Source: Marsupella aquatica
Lineage: Eukaryota > Plantae > Marchantiophyta
DNA length: 64,000 nt
Assembly (NCBI GenBank): GCA_973895155.1
Contig: OZ316896.1
Span: forward strand, 3,944,738 to 4,008,737
Direction: 5' to 3'
Each line of letters starts with the position of its first letter. The stretch's first letter is position 1. Below the pieces are notes generated by a model. The model searched no databases. It was given only the letters and a program-made list of their open reading frames with translations, and was not told the DNA's origin. Positions 58,401 through 64,000 of this stretch are shown one piece after another. Position numbers and translations under genes: made by a program.

Positions 58401-61400
58401 TCTTCACTTCTTTGCAGAACTGCACGACTTGCTGTAGGTTTTTGTATCGAAGAACGTCCGGATTTTGTTGGGGCGGATCACCGTTGGAGGTACAACAGCG
58501 GGAAATGGAAGCGAGCGGATTTCAATATCAGCCCGTGCCATAAGGAGCCCACAGTCCCATACTCCCATCGTATTTTTTTGAACGTGTTAATGCCTACTCA
58601 CTGTAATGATTAATTAGCCGTCAAGTTTAGCATCTGACGTACCGTCTTTTATTAAGGAGCTTAGGAGCCCCCTAAATTTATTCTAAGTAGCCCAATATTC
58701 TGTTTCAAATTCCAACTAATCTAATTAAGGAGCCGTGAGTTCAGAATGTGACGTTAGTATATGACTTATTATTACCGTGTCTTACTAAAAAGCCCCCTAC
58801 ATTCTTTATTATAGAGCCCAATAGTGGGCTCCATTGTCCCTATGAAGCAAGATTGCATTGATGGATGGACATGAGAAATAACGATGGAAACAAATTAAAC
58901 AGGTACACTCCTGTTCCACAGCTGACATGTGAATATACATGACCAGTAGGAGTAGAAGGTTTTTAGTGGATTCCCCCATGTTAGTCCATGCAAATATAGC
59001 TAGCTCTCATTGGACTGAAGGATGGTTACTTTGTATCAATTCTGAGTAGTGAATCACAAAACATGAACAAGTTTGTTACCAAGATAATTTGCAGTCTACC
59101 TCCGTATCATCTACAATGAAAGTGACGAGTCTTTCAGATCTGAATGCTTAACTCTCTTATATGCTTCCTCTTTGGCTTGTTGGCTGGCTTTTGGCATGAA
59201 ATTCAATATACTTGCTTTTTCGAGGCAAAAAAAAACGTTCTTAAATAACCCTAGTCCACACAAGGAAGAAATTTTCACTATCCAATCTAGCATTCAGTAT
59301 TGGAAGGCTTCCATGGAGTGATTGGAGAATGAGTGCCTATCATCTACCAAATTAATTTTGCAGTCCTGTGGGAGAGTCAGTCTTGGTAAATGGACAATCC
59401 TTTTCTATTTCAGTGGTACAGAAGAGTTAAACATATGTTACACGCAACATGCTTTGAGATTGTAAAGTAACGAGCACAAGCACAAATTCTTTTCCTTAGT
59501 GCCGGTTTAACAAACCGGGAAGAAAACTAAAGGCTGTCTTCTTAACCCTTAGCTACAATAGACATTAAGAATGCTTTCATTAATTTTCTGCCTTTTTGTT
59601 TTGATTCCTTTTTCTGACATCTTTGATGTACTATAATCAAGGGTGCCATCATGTTTTTCAAATTATTTACACTGTGTGATTGTTGTTGAGTGCATTTTGA
59701 TTGTGCTACTTTGTATTAGTAATTTTTTATTAGCCAGGGTTAACAATAACAAGACGAAAACATCAAGTCACCACACAGTCAATCATTTGGATTCACACTA
59801 TGAGGAATTTTAGGAACCATTTGAGACCAAAGGTCTCTCAATGTTGAATCCCTTCCATGGGCTTTGGGGTAGCCAGGGCTACTATTTCCTTTTCCGACTT
59901 GTGGCCCTTTTCTTTTCTGAACTAGGGGGTTTATTTTGCTCCCCAATTTGGTTGCTGGTCTTTGTCTCAATCTAGCTGTGAATATACTAGCCTGACTGCT
60001 TGTTCTTCCACAGGTCATAGTTGGAATGACTCACCCTCCCCTGTTCTTTTTCCTCAAACCCAAAGTCCTGCATGTCAGGCTTCATTCTACAAATAGGTTC
60101 AAAGCAAAGCTTTCCTCTGCATTTTACACATTACGCTTGAGATTACTCTTCTTCCTAGAAAAAGAAGAAGAAATTTCAATGTTATTTTGTAGTTATGGGC
60201 ACCAATAAACCTGATGAGCCTTGCCAGGTTGATGGGTTAATTTGCCTCACTCCATTGATACTCGGATGGAGGGGAGGAGCTACGTGATTCTTGTTTTCCA
60301 GGAGCAGGGTGGAAGAAAGTTTATTTTCTAGTGGTTCCAATGGGGTTCTAGCTGGATAGGAGTCCTATGGATTTTAGTTTTTGTTGTCCTTAGTTTTGAT
60401 CTTCTCTAGTATTGAGTTTTTCCCTCCCCTCTATCTTTCAGGCTCTGCCATTTTGTGGACATCAGGGGATTGTCCCCCTTCTTTTTCAAAAAAACTAATT
60501 GTTGGGCCCCAAATGATTTCCTGTGAGTGACTGGAATCAAGTTTAGGGTAGGGTGACTTACAACATCAGGAGAAAGAGGTGCTGGACAAATGTAATCTGC
60601 ATTGTTAGATCTTCTGAAATTTAATTGAAGGGTACCATTTGACCTGGCCAGGAGAGTTGCAAAGGATTGGAACGTGGTGAATTGGGTCCAACGTTTTTCC
60701 CTATACAGTATTATCAACCAGCCCAAAATCTTGGTGTTAGAAATTGGCTAAATTTTGTTACTGGAAAAAAAAACTCTGTACTGCCGCCATCTTGGTGTAA
60801 CAAATTAGCTAAATTTTGTTATTGAAAAAGAACTCTGTACTGTACCCTAAACCCAGCAACACCCATCACTACATGAAAGGTAAGGTCCTTTCATGAGGGC
60901 ATTGTCCAGGTGGTTGCCAGGTGTCAGAGGGCTTCATTAGCTTCCTTCATGCGTGACATGTTTTGTATCCATCTTGTTTTTCCTGAAGAGTCGTGCACAA
61001 CGCATTCTCATATTTGTCAATTGTTGAGGACATAGAAGTTTGTGCCTGGACAAGTAAAAGCTGTCCAACATTCAATCACAAAACTCGAGGAGGGTTTGAA
61101 GCGAGAAACGAAAATGTGTTGGGCCAAAAATGTGTTGGGCGCCGCTATGACTATCGTCAGGCGGCGCCGGACAGAGATCAGGGCTTTCTTTATTGGCAAA
61201 ACATGCAAAAGAAAATGATTCTTTAGCCACACTTTGACCCTTTCACCAAGACCAAGACCAAGTAGCCCAGAGGAGACCCTTCGCAGCATTTCTATGCATT
61301 TCTGACAAGTCCTTTGCCAGATTCTCCGGTCTGTTGGAGAGGGCAGGAACCAGTCTGGCAGCATGGGAACATCCTTAGCAAAAACCCTCCTCAGGATTAT

Positions 61401-62151
61401 GGACTAGAGTTCCTGGGAAAGTCATTTATTGTTGTCTATTGGTTCCTGCATTTAATGTTACTCTCCTTATTGTGCACTGCCCCCCCCAAAAGGTGAACCA
61501 AGGAGGATGTATGTTTTTTTTTGGGCAGGCCAGTGCACATTCAATTTGGGGGGAGTATGTTTTAATGTGAGATGTAGGCATTATAATGTTCCATATAAGT
61601 TGCTCCCCTTATTGTCTGCTGCCCGCAGCCAGGATGATGTATGTTTTCACATTTTCTGATGTTCCATATAAGTGCAAAATTTGTCATGCTGAACCCAGGA
61701 GAATGTATATTTTCACATTTTGTAATGTTCTATATAAGTGCAGAATTTTTTTGACATTAGTTATCCCATCAAGCCTAGCCCAGACGTGACGGTATTCATT
61801 GTGGCAGATCAGGTTTTTAGCTCTAGCTTCTCAGCATTTCCACAAACCCTCATCCCAAAGTGGCATTCGTAAAGCCCTTTTGCAGACATTTCTTGGAGGC
61901 CGCTCTCTTATAGGCCCCCATCCCAAAGTGGGGTTCATCAAAGCCCTTTGATCAAATACTTTAGACTGAGAAAACTGTCACCAAAAGCCCTTTGCACACA
62001 AAATAGTTCACACTTTCAAAAACTGAAATACTCTTCACGCTTAGAAAAATTCCGATTTCTAAATGTCACAATAGTAGCTCACAATGATTTTCGATTTCGC
62101 CTGACCTCCAATTCGATCCCATCTGTACACTTGTTTCCGTTCTGCTGATAC

Positions 62152-62365
62152 GAAGAGCTCTTTGAGACGTGACACTTTATTTAACACTTCATTTTATCTT
62201 GAGTCGTGACACTCTATTCCTGACACTTCGAGCTTATCACCTGAATGGAAACATTCAACTGGAGGGATTGAATGAATGTCAGGACTCAAGAGCTCTTCTT
62301 ATTACCCAGATAGAAACTTAAAAAGCGGAGCGATTGAATGAAGTGTCACGACTCAAGAGCTCTTC
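62152..62365. repeat. Fold-back/MITE-like element with ~30-bp imperfect inverted arms
   Basis: GAAGAGCTCTTTGAGACGTGACACTTTATT (62152-62181) versus AATGAAGTGTCACGACTCAAGAGCTCTTC (62337-62365); inner partial copies of the arm are also present. Confidence 0.7.
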
Positions 62366-62495
62366 ACTCTCGAGGTTTCATTCTTCCTCAGTCACTTCTT
62401 CTACATCAAACCTCGTATCGTCAATCTCTCCTCTGTCCATAATTGTCTTGAGATCCTCGTTGGCATCACGATTTCGCCTCATCTAGTAGCTCACA

Positions 62496-63385
62496 ATGAC
62501 GAGTTGGGCACTACCCGGTTGTGTTGATCGTGCGGACGGGAGCTGTGTGTGTGAAGCTCATCATCTCGTCATCTGTCCTATTTGCTGTATGGACTTTGCC
62601 TTCTTACGAGTGCCCGCCTGGAGGACGGGAAAGAAAAAGAAAGGAACGGAGGTACACGTAGGAAAGTGGAGAGTCTCTGGTTCGGATGATACCCCACCAG
62701 GCAATCTGAAGCTGGAGCAGAAGCCAATCGATTTCAAGTCCTGCGCTTCAATCCTCCCAGTAAGGACGACACTCCAGAAAAGCTTTTCAGTCGAGGCACT
62801 ACCAGGCAAGGCTGGCGATTCATCCGTCACTCTAACCAACGCCAGATTCTGGTGTATACTGACGGAGCCTGCTCCAACAATGGCAAGACTGGAGCGGTAG
62901 GTGGCTGTGCTTTGGTCTTCAAGGGTGGTGTATCTCCTGATGAGATTAAAAGCGGGAGCGCCTCCTTTCGACTCGAGGACCGCGGTCCGACCGGAATTGT
63001 GTATCCACATACCAGCAATCGTGCTGAGCTGCGGGCTGTCATCGCTGCTCTCCAATTCAAGGAATGGAGCGATGAAGGTTACGATGAGCTGGTTATCGCC
63101 ACTGATTCGGAATATGTGGAAAAGGGCGCCACGGAATGGATTGCACGATGGGGGAAAAGCGGATGGCGAACAAGGGTAAATACAGAAGTTGCAAATTGGG
63201 ATTTGTGGGAGTTGCTCTTTAAGGAAATACAGAAGTGTAAGGAGTGCCCGTGGGGAACCCTTCGTGTGATGTTTTGGCGCATTCCTCGAGGTTTGAACAC
63301 TATAGCAGATCAGGCGGCTAAGGAAGCCGCAGCGACAGGAGAGCCGCGAGACTCATTCGCCCAAATCTGCGGGGTTCTGTGTTAG
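62496..63385 (+). pseudogene. RNase H1-family gene, copy 3: N-terminal Cys/His Zn motif plus RNase H, separated by a frameshift near 62737
   Basis: ATG 62496 ORF encodes CVCEAHHLVICPICC. Relative to copy 2 (TTC ACG CCA GTC) it reads TTC AA GTC, a 4-nt deletion. The catalytic core at 62852-63385 is intact. Confidence 0.8.
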
Positions 63386-63841
63386 GCTCTCGAAAAGTAG
63401 ATTTGCCAGGTAAGGTCGATGAAAGCTCTACTGAACTGAAGGATGTGTAGTTCGCTATAATGCCACCCTTTCTTGTGCTTCGTCGACACCTTCAAAGAAA
63501 AGAGTATGGATGATGTTAATACATCCTGCTGTGTGTTTGCTCTTTGTTAAACAATGTCTGGAGTAGACATGCAGATGAAATATATCAAATGTTAGGATCA
63601 TCATAGAACGCTCCCGCTGCAATGGTAAGTGAACGTGGGGTCACAGTTAGGAGAGAGTTCACTTTAATCGGACAATTTGTTTGTAGAATGCCGTTTTCCG
63701 CTGCATTTCAAAGCTTTCGTCGCAATCTCGAAGCAATATGATGGCCTCTGTGCGTAGCAACCAGCACTTCAAAAATCATTCAGTTGAGCCTTTTTCTGAA
63801 TCTGAGATCTTCGGAATAGATAATATCAACTGCTTTGTGCA

Positions 63842-63884
63842 GGCACCAGCTTGGCACCAGCTTGGCACCAGCTTGGCACCTGGC
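63842..63884. repeat. 11-bp tandem repeat GGCACCAGCTT x3-4
   Basis: ggcaccagcttggcaccagcttggcaccagcttggcacctgg. Confidence 0.9.
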
Positions 63885-64000
63885 GATCTTCAATCTTCGG
63901 AATACATGATATCAATTGGTTTGTGCTGGCACCAGCATGGCACCTCGCACTTGGTCGCGGTGGAGAAAAATGTGCTGATTTTGGTTTTGTATCTCTCGCG

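Noticed and set aside
34676-63385. RNase H ORFs as LTR/LINE retroelement RNase H domains
   Set aside because: No adjacent RT, integrase, gag or LTRs. The motifs (YTDGAC.NNG, N.DLW) are of the cellular RNase H1 type.

Overview
Eukaryotic nuclear DNA from a land plant. Evidence: an intron-containing non-specific phospholipase C gene, a nuclear Ycf20/DUF565 gene, an L1/Tx1-type LINE and TTTAGGG repeats. A bryophyte/liverwort origin is my inference and is not proven. The window has three zones. (1) 1-~14.2 kb looks like the right part of a large, unusual DNA transposon. It holds a decayed Sola-like/DUF7869-type DDD/E transposase with N-terminal Tnp1/En/Spm-like domains (+ strand). On the - strand it carries tightly packed passenger genes: a spliced ParB/Srx-fold protein that may continue into a methyltransferase-like fold, three paralogous F-box-like ORFs and a Zn-ribbon ORF. 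About 20 copies of a CpG-rich 18-bp palindrome (CACGCGAC-NN-GTCGCGTG) mark this zone and I did not see it elsewhere. This is the best candidate for an undescribed system. (2) 14-34 kb holds the host genes (ycf20-like, NPC) and small repeats/TE debris. (3) 34-64 kb is a tandemly duplicated block of intronless, fungal-looking genes (RNase H x3, SET, MYND x2, coiled-coil x2), suggesting fungus-to-plant horizontal transfer followed by duplication and decay, with a 5'-truncated LINE inserted. All family assignments come from motif recognition by eye; no searches were run.
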